Part shown: one piece after another, positions 29,319 through 40,939 of the stretch
Position numbering within the stretch: position 1 is the first letter of the stretch
Layout of the letters: each line of letters starts with the position of its first letter
Source: an uncultured Planctomycetaceae bacterium
Lineage (GTDB): Bacteria > Planctomycetota > Planctomycetia > Isosphaerales > Isosphaeraceae
Length of the DNA stretch: 64,000 bases
Assembly: GCA_963833985.1 (NCBI GenBank)
Contig: CAWIAD010000002.1
Span: 384,001-448,000, forward strand
Reading direction: 5' to 3'
Position numbers and translations under genes: made by a program
Notes under the pieces: generated by a model
The model's input: the letters and a program-made list of their open reading frames with translations, nothing else
Told to the model about the DNA's origin: nothing
Databases searched by the model: none

Positions 29319-30535
29319 TGCCTTCCCTGCCCAGTTCGGCCGGCTTGGGCTCGAGGCTCAAGCGACGCCATGGCTGGAGGTGCAGCTTCCTGGTGCAGAG
29401 CCTTTCAAGCTGCCCCACCCCGAGCACGGAGATGCTCCAGGAGCTGGAGATTCACCAGCTACCGCTGGCGTCCGAACACAGGTCGAAGGAAGGCATTCCC
29501 TGGCCGCAGATTTTCGGGATGTATCTCGAGCAATGCGAGACGCTGTTCAACGCTGTACGTGCCCGCCCCGAGCTCAGGCCGGACCTCGTCGTTGCCCATG
29601 GCGGCCGCGGTGCTCCGACGCTCTTCTTGAAGGAGCTGCTCGAGTGCCCGATTGTCAACTACTGCGAGTACTACTTCGCGACCAGCCACCGCGACATCTC
29701 GTACCGCATCGACCTGCCCCCTGCCGAGCCGGCGCCGTTCTTTCCGCGGTGCATCAACGCCCCCACGCTGACCTCGCTGGTCGATTGCGATGCGGGCTAC
29801 TCGGCGACGCACTGGCAGAAGGCGTCCTTTCCCGCGCGGTTCCATTCCAGGATCGAGGTCCACTTCGACGGCATTGACACGGCGCTGTACCGTCCCGGTC
29901 CCGCACCGCGGCGGATTGGAACCGCGTCCATTCCCGAGGACGCCAGGGTCGTGACGTTCGTATCCCGCGGGCTGGAATCGATCCGCGGCTTCGACATCTT
30001 CATGAAGGTGGCCGGCCGGATCTGCCGGGAGCGGCAGGACGTGGTCTGCGTCGTGGTCGGCGGAGACGAGATTCATTACGGCTGGGACACGTTGCACACC
30101 GGGTCGCCAAGCTTCAAGCAGTGGGTCTTGAGCCAGGAAACCTACGACCTGTCGCGCTTTCTCTTCACCGGCCGGGTCCTTCCAGAGTGCCTGGCCGAGA
30201 TTCTGCGCATCAGTCATCTGCACATCTACCTGTCGGCCCCGTTCGTGGTTTCCTGGTCGCTGTTCAATGCCATGGCGACCGGAGTACCTGTGCTGGCTTC
30301 GGACGTCGAGCCGGTACGCGAGATCATCGAGTCAGGCGTCAACGGCCTGCTCGAGCCGCTCTTCGACATCGACCGGCTGACGGCCGCGGCCCTGGCGATG
30401 CTGGACGATCCCGCGGCTTTCGCGCCACTGGGACAGGCGGCGCGCCGGACCATCGAAGAGCGTTATTCCATTGACTGCTGCATCCCGCCCCTGCATGACT
30501 TCTTCCAGCGCGTGGCGGCCAGCACCGGCTCCTGA
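29296..30535 (+). CDS. GT4 glycosyltransferase (paralog); apparent frameshift ~29355
   Basis: MHVLFLHDAFPAQFGRLGLE joins LKRRHGW... after removing one G; FDGIDT, SRGLESIRGFD, PFVVSWSLFNAMATG motifs. Confidence 0.85.
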
Positions 30536-30823
30536 GCAGGGGCGCGGGACAAGTGACAGAGGACAGCCCGCGATTCGCGTGCAAGCCGCGATGAAAGCTG
30601 GGGGCAGCCCCGGTACGATACGAAAAATCGCCGGCGTGCTGTCCTCGATCGAGCCGGCCGCGCAAGTCAATGGCTATGGACCGGAGCATGACCGAGCGAC
30701 CAGACGCCCTTCTTGCCGAGGCCGAAGCCGTGGTCCTGTACGACCCCAGCTTCCCCCCGGACCCATTCGCACCTTGAGCACCGTATGGTCGCGAACGGAT
30801 TTGCTCCGGCAGAACGGCCCTTG

Positions 30824-32825
30824 TCAATTCTCCTGAGCTTTGAGCAAGACGGCCAGCTCGCGGAAGAAGCGGTCCCACTCGATGGGCTTGCTGATGTGTT
30901 CATTGCAACCGAGGCGCAGGCACTCCTCGCGGTCCTGGCTCATCGCGTAGGCGGTGACGGCCACGATGGGGGCCGTGAAGCCGCCGGCGCGAAGCTGGCG
31001 GACGGCCTCGTAGCCGTCGAGCACCGGCATCTCCATGTCCATGATCACGGCATCGAACGGGCGGCCTTGCGCGGCCGCGGCATGAACCAGTTCAACGGCT
31101 TCCTTGCCGTTTCGCGCCGGCACCACTTCAGCACCGGTGCTGTTCAGGCGCAGCGTGATCAACTGCCGGTTGGCCTCGTGATCCTCGGCCAGCAAGATGC
31201 GGGCGTCAAGCCTTGGCACGGAAGGCGTGCGCACGCTGGCAGTTGCCCCGAGCGTTTCTTGCCGTTTGCCGGGAAGACCGGGACGTGCCGGTACTTCGGA
31301 CAGGTGGAGGCTCACGGGAATCTGCAACGTGAATCGGGTGCCCACAGCTGGGGTGCTCTGCACAGTCACATCGCCCCCAAGCTGCTGCGCCAGGCGACGA
31401 GAAATGGTCAGGCCCAGGCCAGTGCCTCGAGGCGCATCGCCGCATGTGGTGCGTACGCGGTAGAACGGCTGGAAAAGACAGAGCATCTCCTCGGCCGTCA
31501 TGCCCACGCCGGTATCGCTCACAGAGATCACCAGTAAGGCCCGGTCTCCGGAGCAATCGACCACCCGACCGGCCAGACGGACGCCGCCCTGCTCGGTGAA
31601 CTTGATGGCGTTGTTGACCAGGTTGACCAGAATCTGCTGGAGCCGCAACCGGTCGATGCTGATCAGCGGAGGAGACTCGCCGCCGAGATCCATTTCCAGG
31701 GTCAATCGCTTGGACTCCGCCCAGGAACGAATCGACCCGACCACATCGTTGAGAAGCTGCGGCAGCGAGCAGGGCTCGCACTGCAATCGAAGCTGACCGG
31801 ATTCAATGCGTGCCACGTCCAGCAGATCGTCGATCAGGGCCAGCAGCATGCGCCCGTGCTCGTGGATGTTGCGAAGGTAGTCGCCGATCTCGGGAGGCCC
31901 GTGATGCAAGTAGGGATGCTCCGCCAGCAACTCGTTGAACCCGAGCAATGCGCTCAGAGGCGTTCGGATCTCATGGCTGACGTTCGGAAAGAAACTCACT
32001 CTTGGCGCGGTTGGCCTGCTCGGCTGCGTCCCGGGCCTGACGCATCGCCTCGGCCTGCGCCAGGGTCTCCTCGGCGCGCTTCTGCTCGGTGATATCCCGG
32101 CTGATGCCCAGAAGCCACTGCCGAGATTCGTCGCAGAGCGTGGTGACCAGCAGGAACTCGCAAATCAGGACAGGGCCGGCGCGACTGGGAATGCGCAGCT
32201 CGAACCGTGGGGGCGTCTCGCCGCGCATTGCCCGGTCGTGGTAGCCCCGCGCGGATTCCAGGTCTTCAGGAAGGACCAGGTCGGTGAACGAGCGGCCTAT
32301 CCACTCGCGCCGGGTCCAGCCGGTGATGGCTTCGAAGGCCGGGCTCAGCGAGACGAGGATGCCCCGGACGTCGATTTCCCAGACGACAACTCCCGTCGAT
32401 TCCACGAGGCTGTTGTAGCGGGCCTCGGCTTGCTCCAGTGCCCGGACGGCGCGCCTGCGTTCGCTGACGTCTCGCGCCACGACCAGTCCGACCGGCTCGG
32501 GCTCGACGTGCATGCGGCTCACGCTGAGGTTGACCGGCAACGGTCTGCGCCCGGCCCTGCGCAGCAGGTAACCTTCGCGGGAATGGAAGAAACCCGTGCG
32601 ATCCAGCGCCAGTGCGAGCCGGTCCAGATCACCCGGGCAGGACTCCTCGAACAGATCACGCAGATTCAAGCCGCAAGCGGCGTGCTTCTCCAGTCCGGTC
32701 AGCCGCAAAGCGACAGGGTTCAGATCCAGAACGACCTGCGTCTTGGGGTCGAAGAGGAAGAAGGCGTCGTTGGCCTCGCGAAACAGGCTACGTGCGATCT
32801 CGGCATGGCGGTCTTCGACGTTCAT
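30824..32825 (-). CDS. Hybrid sensor histidine kinase (PAS-PAS-HisKA-HATPase-REC); apparent frameshift ~31985
   Basis: Two PAS domains ending AEQANRAKSEFLS continue into NVSHEIRTPL, NLVNNAIKFT, DTGVG, GTGLGL and a receiver domain with MDMEMP. Confidence 0.9.
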
Positions 32826-32899
32826 GACCTGATCGAGCCTCGGTCAGGATGTTCGATGCGGCACCAGGTCGCCGGCATCTCCTCGCTTGGACAAGAACT

Positions 32900-34228
32900 T
32901 CAATCGATGGGATGGCGGCGCAGCTCCTGCTCGGTCTCGTCGAGAAGCTGAACCTCGGCATCGTGGCGGTTCTTCTTGCTTGCGGCTTCGCCTTCAGGAC
33001 CCGTGGGGCGTCCCTGGCGCTGCCATAGATCATAGGCCCTCTTCCGGACCTCTGCCTCAATCTGCTTTTGCGCCTCCAACCAGTTCGGCAACTGCACCAG
33101 GGCCCCCGCATCGCCGGTGGGACGGCCGGAGTTCACCCAGATCTTGTAGGCCCGGGACTCCGTCAGCCTCTGAAATTCGGGCGATTGCGGGTTCGGTTCC
33201 GCCTCGATGTTCGCGGTTGCTCGCGCGGCCGCAAGCGCGGCCGGCGCCGGCTGAACGCTTGCAGCCCCGGACTGACCCGGATCTCGGGAGCACTGCGCCA
33301 TTGCGGGCGCGTCCTTCACGGATCCGAAACTCACGTAGGCCGCGGCGCTGGCAATCACGACCGAGATGAGCAGGAACCCGGCCACCGCCGCCGTGCCGTT
33401 GAGAAACGTCCGCGGTGACGACTTGAGCGCCTGCTCGAGGGCGGTCAGGAACGCAGCAACGGTGGAGTAGCGGTCGTTGGGCTCCTCGCAGAGCCCGCGC
33501 AAGATGACGGCGTCAAGCTCGCGTGGAAGGTGCCGATTGTGGCGCGACGGCGGCGGGAACTGTCCCAGAGGGCGCCGGCCAGTGAGCAGCTCATACCCCA
33601 GTGCCGCCAGCGAATACTGGTCGGTTCGCTCGTCGATCCTCAGCCCGGATTGCTGCTCAGGCGAGACATAACCGGGAGTTCCCAGGCCCCGCAGGGAGCC
33701 CGTAAGCTGGCCCGCGTTGTCACGCAGGACCGCAAGTCCGAAGTCGCCCACCTTGCAGTCGCTCTCGGTGGGCATGAGGATGTTCTCCGGCTTCAGATCG
33801 CGGTGGATGATGCCTTTGCCATGCAGGAACTCAAGCACCTGGCCGACCTGCACGAGAATGGAACGCACCCGGTCGATAGGCATCGCGTGGCCCCGGATCA
33901 TCCGCTTGCGCAGGTCTCCTGCCTCAATATACTCGGTGACCAGGAATGGTAAGTTGCGGTCCGAGGTCGTGCCGAAATCGAACACGGAGAGGATCTGCGG
34001 GTGAGACACGCTTGCCAGCAGCTCGGCCTCACGAGCGAACATGGCCCGGCAGAGATCGGCGTCCTCTCCCTCCGGTATGGACAGAACTTTGATGCAAACG
34101 AGCCGCTTGAGCGCTTGTTGCCGGGCCAGGTAGACCTTCCCCATGCCCCCTTGCCCGAGCAGCCTCTGCAACTCGTAGCCCGATACTGTCGGGACAGTCT
34201 CGCTGGAGGATCCATGTTTTGAAGACAT
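32900..34228 (-). CDS. Ser/Thr protein kinase with TM helix and two DUF2934-like repeats
   Basis: GQGGMG, IK, HRDLKPEN, DFG and SPEQ kinase motifs; TM helix; RAYKIWVNSGRPTG...WLEA and RAYDLWQRQGRPTG repeats. Confidence 0.9.
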   Translation of the reverse strand: MSSKHGSSSETVPTVSGYELQRLLGQGGMGKVYLARQQALKRLVCIKVLSIPEGEDADLCRAMFAREAELLASVSHPQILSVFDFGTTSDRNLPFLVTEYIEAGDLRKRMIRGHAMPIDRVRSILVQVGQVLEFLHGKGIIHRDLKPENILMPTESDCKVGDFGLAVLRDNAGQLTGSLRGLGTPGYVSPEQQSGLRIDERTDQYSLAALGYELLTGRRPLGQFPPPSRHNRHLPRELDAVILRGLCEEPNDRYSTVAAFLTALEQALKSSPRTFLNGTAAVAGFLLISVVIASAAAYVSFGSVKDAPAMAQCSRDPGQSGAASVQPAPAALAAARATANIEAEPNPQSPEFQRLTESRAYKIWVNSGRPTGDAGALVQLPNWLEAQKQIEAEVRKRAYDLWQRQGRPTGPEGEAASKKNRHDAEVQLLDETEQELRRHPID

Positions 34229-34416
34229 GGTATGCCTCCCTTGCGACACACCAGACCTACCACGACTCCCTCATCCCGATCTTTACCTTATCAAGCCGCG
34301 ATTCGTTCCGTAAATGGAACAGACCGTGCGGATTGGGTTTTCATAGACCATGGCGGCGCGTTTGCAGCAATGCGGGTGTGGACCTGAAAAAGTGGAGGAC
34401 GTGGGCCATCAGAGGG

Positions 34417-37400
34417 TCATTCAAAACGCCAGACGCCCCAGCGCCGGGGCTGGAGCCGGGCCTCGCCGGGCAGGTCGCTCACCAGCAGCGAATCGCGGTT
34501 GTTCCAGTAGATGCGCTGCACGGTCTGTCCGCCCTGGCCGCGGAGGATCCCCAGGTCGCCGAGGATTTCCTGGCCCTTCTGAACGTCCAGGCCAAGGCGA
34601 TCGAGCGGAACGCTCAGCTCGAAGTCGCCATCGCGGCTGCCCAGCGTGACGGCCTGGCTGACATCGAGAACCTGGTCGAACGTCTGAGTGCCGATGGGCG
34701 ACTGGTACACGACCTGGTCCGAGGCGGCTACGCCGGAGACACGTGGCCGGTAGATCACGGCGCGCGGCTGGCCGTCAATCCTCGTGACCAGCAAGCGGAG
34801 GTCGCCGGGTCCAGGTTCGGTGCGCCGCGAGTCAGCGCCGCGCTGGCTGCCGATCATCAGGTCGAGCGCCCCCCATGCTTGAACTGGTAGCGCACATCGC
34901 CGCCGGCCGCCGTTTCCAGCAGGCCGGGATCGTCGGTGCGAAAGGCCGCGAACAGCCGGTCGCCGGCAATGCACACTGCCGCGCGGGCACGATCGCCGAT
35001 CGCGGCCCAGGCCGTGTTCTCCGGCCAGTCCTCGAGCCTGCCATCGATGGTGGGAGCCGATCTGGCATCGCGCACCGCGACCGCCAGGTGTTGCTGACCC
35101 TCACTGGGAACAACTTCACGCAGTTGCGCCGAGACCGTCTCGAGGGCCGATTCGCTCAGCTCGAGCTTGCCAAAGGCAACCCGTCGAACCGACTCCAGAC
35201 CCTCCAGGCGCAACAAGCTGGAATGCGCGAACCCGGCCACGAGGATGGTCGTGCCGTCGGCAAGCTGTCCCAGAGTGGGGTGAAAATGTTCTTGCTGGAA
35301 AGAGATCCCGCCGACGATCATGCCACGCTCGGCGTGAGCCGCACGCCAGTACGGCTTGACGCGTGCATCGCCGCCCAGATCCTGGATGGGCAGCCCGTCC
35401 ATCGTGATCAGGAACACCTGGCCCATCTCGCCGCTGAACGCGACGAGTGGCCCGGCCTCACCCGTGCGGGGCGATACGGGCGGGCCCAGCACGCGCGTGA
35501 GCGAGGCGAGCTGGCCTTCGGGGGCGATGAGCCGTTCGGGAACGGAATTGATGCGCCAGCGCCGGCCTCCTTGCAGATCCACTCCCAGCAGGGCTTCGAC
35601 CGAATCGTGACCGTCGCGAGAGGCAAGTGCCCAGCCGCCCGCCACCAGGGGTGAGCGAAGCACCGAGGTATCGCCGACGGTGGTGACAGTTTTCAGGTCA
35701 TAGATTGGAACTCCGTTCGAGTCGATCACGGGCGGCGCGATCTTGATCCCGTACGAGGTTGTCACCGAGAGGTCGGCATGGACCAGCGGCATGAGCCCGA
35801 TGCCGCCGATCGAATCGCTCGGGCCGGGTGGGCGCGTCGATTCCAGCCACTGGACCTCGTCCGGCTGTGCCATCTGGTCGCCGCTCCTGTCGGACCAGAC
35901 GAACACGACGCGGGCGGGGTCCTTGCCTTGCCAGAGGGCGTTGATGGCGTCCCGGTGCTTCCAGGTCCAGCCCCAGAGCGAGTGATTCATGTCGGCCGCG
36001 TTGCCGATCACGGCGACCGGCCGGGCAATGTGGCCGGCGTCCATCCGCCAGAGGGTCGAGCCCCGATCCTGGTTGGCGCGCAGCTGACCGTTATAAGAGT
36101 TCGTCAAATACTGATGATTGCCTACATAGAAGGCGCACTCGGGGGCGGGGCCGGGAAAGGGCTCCGCGAGTCGCTCGGGCCGCCAGAAAATGGCGTGTGG
36201 CCGTGCGCTGCCATGCTCCCAGTCGAGGGCGTACTCGATGCCGCCCCCTTTCTCGTACTCGGCGTAATAGAAACGGGTGCGATCGCGGGGATCGACGGCT
36301 CCGCCTCCGCCGTACTTGGGAGGGCCGTAGAGTGCGCGCCGGAACGCCCCCGTGGCCGGGTCCCAGACACTCAGCCGCTTCGGGAACGTTTCGGCCTCGG
36401 CCACCCAGAGCCGACCGGCATCGTCGAGCGCCAGGCCGGCGGGGTGGCTCATCTTCCGCTCGTCATAGAGGCCAAGCTGCGGGCCGCCGGGCAACCCGAT
36501 GGTTCGGATCCATTTGCCATCACCGGAAAAGATCTTCACCTGGTGGCTCCGGCCCCAGTCCGAGACGAGCAGCCTGCCATCACGGTCGATCTCGATCCGG
36601 CGCGGATCGTCGAGCCCGCCATCGATCAGCGTGACCGGCGCTTCAAGCGCGGGCCGGCCGCCCTGCACATGGAACGCAAACCGCTTGACCTCCTTGCCCG
36701 AGACCAGCAGCAGCCGTCCCTGGGCGTCAAAGGCCAGCCCGTGCGGTTCGGGCACCATTAACTCGCCGATCACCTTGCGGCCGCGTGCGTCCGCAACGAC
36801 CAGCTTGTCAAACTGCGTGAAGCTGAAGACGACGATCCCGTCCCGCACCGCCAGGCCGTTGGTGCCGTAGCTGTCGGCGATGGTCTGGAACCGGCGCGCG
36901 CTGTGCGGGAACGTGATCTTCACGACCGGCTCGACGTCCTGCTCGCCCTCGACATCACGGCGGAAGGCGCGAACCTCGACCGTATCGTTGTCCGGGTCGC
37001 GCTCGCCGGAGGTGAAGACGTAGGCCTGATGAGCGGCGACCGGGTTCGGGCCGTCGTCGCGGGCTAGGAACATCCCACCCCAGAAGCCGGTGTTGAAGCC
37101 AAAAACGCGCCGGCCGTCGCCATCGAGCCAGACGAACTCGTCGCCCGCCTCGCCCGAGCTGGAACAGACGAGCAGGCGCGCGCGGCGGTCTTGCCCGCGG
37201 GAGACCGCGCGCTGCGCGGCAATTCGAGGATATCACCGGGCGGCGTGTGGTCGGCCAGCCAGCCGCCCGAGCGATCGACCGTCTCCCACGGCGGTTGACC
37301 CGGGTTGTTCACCGTGAGCTCGATAGCGCATCACGACGCCGTCATGCACCAGGCCGCGCACCATGTAAGTCCCGGCGCTGACGCGTCGGCGCACCAGTGC

Positions 37401-37724
37401 CCCGGACGCATCGCGCTGGCCCTCGTCATGGCCATCCCACCAGAGCGTATGATGAACGGACGGAAACCGCGTTCCGGAGACAAGTGTTCGCAGCCGGCTA
37501 CCGGCCGCGTCATCGATGACCAGGGTCACGAACGCAGGTCGATCCAGGCTGAACCGCACCGGGATGCCGGCCGGACCTGGCTGTTCCGCGAAGGCCGCCG
37601 TCCGGCTCAAGGCGCTCATGCTCAGCAACACGACCCAACAAAACAGGAACCGGCGTTTCAGGCCTTCATTCTTCGAATCCCGCACGTCTTGCCCCCCCGA
37701 TGCTTGTGCTCGACTCCACATCAT
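34417..37724 (-). CDS. Large secreted protein: FlgD-Ig-like + NHL/beta-propeller + CBM9-like C-terminus; apparent frameshifts ~37321, ~37200, ~34870
   Basis: Four ORF pieces join by small indels. Signal peptide, FSLDRPAFVTLVIDD...WDG (FlgD-Ig-like), PHGLAFD/PAGLALD repeats, APTIDGRLEDW, and terminal LQPRRWGVWRFE. Confidence 0.7.
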
Positions 37725-38626
37725 TTCGGCCCCCAGGGCGCGCGGCTGCCGTCGATCGTCGTCTGGCAGTGCAACGGTTCGATGACGCGCGGATCGGAGC
37801 CGTCGATCCCCATCACCCAGACCGGCCGCTTGTCGCCGCGCTGCTCCTTGTAAGCCCGCTCGCTGAGCTTACCGTCGCGCCAGTAGATCTCGTCGCAGAG
37901 CCGGAACGAGATCAGCCGGCTGTCGGGCGAGACTGACGGCGAGGTCGCGGCCCGGCCGCCGCCGAAATGGGTGAGCTGGCGTAGATCGCTACCCGCGCGA
38001 TCACACCGAAACAGCTCGAGCGAATCGCCCGCCTTGTCCGCGAAGATGATCCATCGGCCGTCGGGCGACCAGGCCGCGTGAACTCCGGCGAACGGGTTCG
38101 GCCGGGTCGTGAGCGGGCGCTCATTCTTGCCGTCACCGTCAGCCGCGAAGAGACAATGACCGCCTGCCACTTCCCGGGCATAAACCAGCGTCTTGCCGTC
38201 CGGAGAGATGGCCGGATCGATGCCTCCACGCTGAATGAGCTCGAAGCCAGAGCCGTCCGGATGCACGCGGCACATCCGGGGCGGCCCGCCGCCGAAGAGA
38301 CCGAAGTAAATCCAGCGGCCATCGGCTGTCCAACTTTGCATTCCGGCGACCACAGGCGCCTTCTCATGCGTGATCTGGCGCACGTTACGGCCGTCCGCAT
38401 CCATGATGAACAGGTTATGCGTTCCATCCCGGTCCGAGTTGAACGCGATCCAGGAACCGTCTGGCGACCACGAGGGATAACGCTCGCTCGAATGCGGGCT
38501 GCGCGTCAGGTTGCGGGCGTCTCCCGTGACGGGGTCCACGCGGAAGATCTCCGTGTCGCCCGTTCGAAACGTCGCCACCAGAAGACTGAACCCGATGACA
38601 AAGGTCGGTCGCATGAAGAGTCTCAC
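37721..38626 (-). CDS. TolB-like PD40 beta-propeller protein
   Basis: Repeated PSWSPDG / PAISPDG / AWSPDG / PSVSPD. The stop overlaps the next gene's ATG. Confidence 0.85.
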   Translation of the reverse strand: MRLFMRPTFVIGFSLLVATFRTGDTEIFRVDPVTGDARNLTRSPHSSERYPSWSPDGSWIAFNSDRDGTHNLFIMDADGRNVRQITHEKAPVVAGMQSWTADGRWIYFGLFGGGPPRMCRVHPDGSGFELIQRGGIDPAISPDGKTLVYAREVAGGHCLFAADGDGKNERPLTTRPNPFAGVHAAWSPDGRWIIFADKAGDSLELFRCDRAGSDLRQLTHFGGGRAATSPSVSPDSRLISFRLCDEIYWRDGKLSERAYKEQRGDKRPVWVMGIDGSDPRVIEPLHCQTTIDGSRAPWGPK

Positions 38627-38751
38627 TTCCTTGATGATCCGGCCGGCGATCGCGAGACATGCATTTCACCTCGCAGCCTGGTTTCGCGGCCATGTCATAT
38701 CGCGTAAAACTTTTACGTGATCACGACAGTTGCCACAAGAGAAGCCGTACC

Positions 38752-39907
38752 ATGTCCGAGATTTGCCGGATTGGCCTGGTCTTTGGTTTCGGGCTTGGTT
38801 TCTATCGCGATATCCTGCGCGGAATCAAGTTATTCGCCGAAACTCGAACGCACTGGTTGTTCACGCCGATCGCGCCGGAACCGCGGGCGATCCTGTCGCA
38901 CCGCAAGGTTGGCCTCGGCGGACTGATCGCTCATGTGTCGAACGCACCACTGGCGAACGCGCTCGCGCGGCTGGACCTGCCGGTGGTGAATGTCGCGGGT
39001 GTCTTGCCCGGATTGCCGTTTGCGCGCGTGATGGTGGACCATGAAGCGGTGGGCGAGATGGCGGCCCAGCACCTGCTGGATCGAGGCTTGCGCCATTTCG
39101 GCTTCGTCGGCTATCCCGATCATGCATTCTCGGTGGGTCGAGAGCGAGGCTTTCGGCACGAGCTCGAGCGGGCGGGATTTGCGATCTCGAGCTTTCACGC
39201 CCGGGTTCCCTGGCGCCGCGACCCGAGCGGTTTCTGGGCTTCGGACGGCACATTACCGCGCTGGCTCGAATCTCTGCCGCGGCCTCTGGGCATCCTGGCC
39301 AGCCACGATCCGCAGGGGGTCCAGGTCTCGGAGGCGTGCCGGATGGCCGGGCTGAAGGTGCCCGACGACGTGGCCATCGTGGGTGTGGATAATGACGACT
39401 TGCTGTGCGAACTGGCGCGCCCGTCGCTCTCGAGCGTGGCTCTTCCCTCGGAGCAAATCGGAATCGAGGCCGCGGCACTGCTCGAGCGTTTGATCGCGGG
39501 CGACGTTCCCCCCGCAGGGCCGAAACTGCTCCCACCGCAAGGGGTCGTGGTGCGCCAGTCCTCCGATATCCTGGCGATCGCCGATCCGGACGTGGCCGGG
39601 GCGGTCCGGTACATTCGCGATCATCCCAGCAAGCCCATCCGGGTTGCCGATGTCCTGGGCGCGGTTGTGATGTCGCGGCGCGGCCTGGAACGGCGGTTTC
39701 GCAAGGCACTCCGCCGGGGCATCTGGGAAGAGATCCGGCGGACTCACCTGGAACGCGGCAAGATGCTCCTGGCCGGATCGGATCTTCCCATGTCCGAAGT
39801 GGCGCCGCGCCGGGTTTTCCGACAGCCGTCAACTCTCGGTCGTCTTCCGCCAGGAAACCGGACTGACGCCCACGGCCTATCGGCGGCAGTTTCGAGGACA
39901 GGGATAA
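38752..39907 (+). CDS. XylR-type regulator (LacI-like sensor + AraC HTH); apparent frameshift ~39803
   Basis: VPDDVAIVGVDND, PSLSSV, RQSSD and LERRFR motifs. The alternate frame supplies the canonical AGFSDSRQLSVVFRQETGLTPTAYRRQ-stop (39907). Confidence 0.88.
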
Positions 39908-39917
39908 TCGCCCGGCT

Positions 39918-40706
39918 TCATTTCATCGGCCGGCTTTCTCGCCCCAGCATCTCGGCCCACTCCAGGTCGGCGGCGACAAGCGGCAAATCGAGCGACCGGG
40001 TGTAGTCGACGAGCAGTTCGTACCGGGCGTCCTCATAGGTCTGGGCAAACAGAGGCTCCAGGGCGAGCGGGATATCCGGGTCGGGGGGCAAGAGCGGAAT
40101 GGGTATGGTCGGCAATGCGCGGCGGATCGACCAGGCGTAGACGTCGCTCTGGGGCCGCCGGTCGGACCGGGAGACCAGAGCATAGTAGTCGGCCGGCGGC
40201 AACGGCTTTTTCATGGGCAACCGGCGCCCGGCAAGCAGGAGATCAATCTCCACGATATGAACCGGCTGCCTGATCCACTGGTTTCTCTTTTCGATGTATT
40301 CCGGTCGTCCCGAGCCGGTCTTGTTCGAGGGCGACAGAAGCTCGATCACGGTCACCAGCGAGCGATCCGGTAGCCTGCGAATCTCGATCCAGCGGTTGCG
40401 GACTTCTTCAAGAGGCTCAGACGCCAGGGGAAGAGTGATCGGTTCGAGAGTCGCGGCAACTCCGCGCTGGCTTGCCTGCCCGGCGGCTCCGGTGTTGCGC
40501 ACGATGCTGACGTCGGGGCGGTAAGTGTCCGTGGATTCCTCCGAAAGATCCACCAGGCTGATGCGCTCTTCGACCAGCGCCGCATAGTGCCTGGGCAACG
40601 TCGCCGTGATGGTCCGGCGACAATACGCCAGGAAGGAAGAGTGAAAATCCTGCCAGTATCCCTGGCTCTCCAGGTAAGGATCCATTCCGGGGAACGGGCT
40701 GGGCAT
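39918..40706 (-). CDS. DUF4058 family protein (PD-(D/E)XK/Uma2-like), copy 1
   Basis: MPSPFPGMDPYLE, YRPDV, VTVIELLSPSNK and VEIDLL motifs. Confidence 0.85.
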   Translation of the reverse strand: MPSPFPGMDPYLESQGYWQDFHSSFLAYCRRTITATLPRHYAALVEERISLVDLSEESTDTYRPDVSIVRNTGAAGQASQRGVAATLEPITLPLASEPLEEVRNRWIEIRRLPDRSLVTVIELLSPSNKTGSGRPEYIEKRNQWIRQPVHIVEIDLLLAGRRLPMKKPLPPADYYALVSRSDRRPQSDVYAWSIRRALPTIPIPLLPPDPDIPLALEPLFAQTYEDARYELLVDYTRSLDLPLVAADLEWAEMLGRESRPMK

Positions 40707-40939
40707 GGCGAAACCTCGATGGCAGAAGCTTCGATGATTCCAGCATCCATTTTAAGTCAGATCCCTGAACCATGCCCACTGCTTTGCCACACACCCCGGT
40801 TGTCCGCCGTTCGCCGAGCGGCCTCGGAGAAAGGGTTTTGACCGAGGGGTGCATCTGGGCGACCACGCCGGCCTGGAGACCGGGCCACCGCCCACGGCCT
40901 ATCGGCGGCAGTTTCGAGGACAGGGATAATCGCCCGGCT

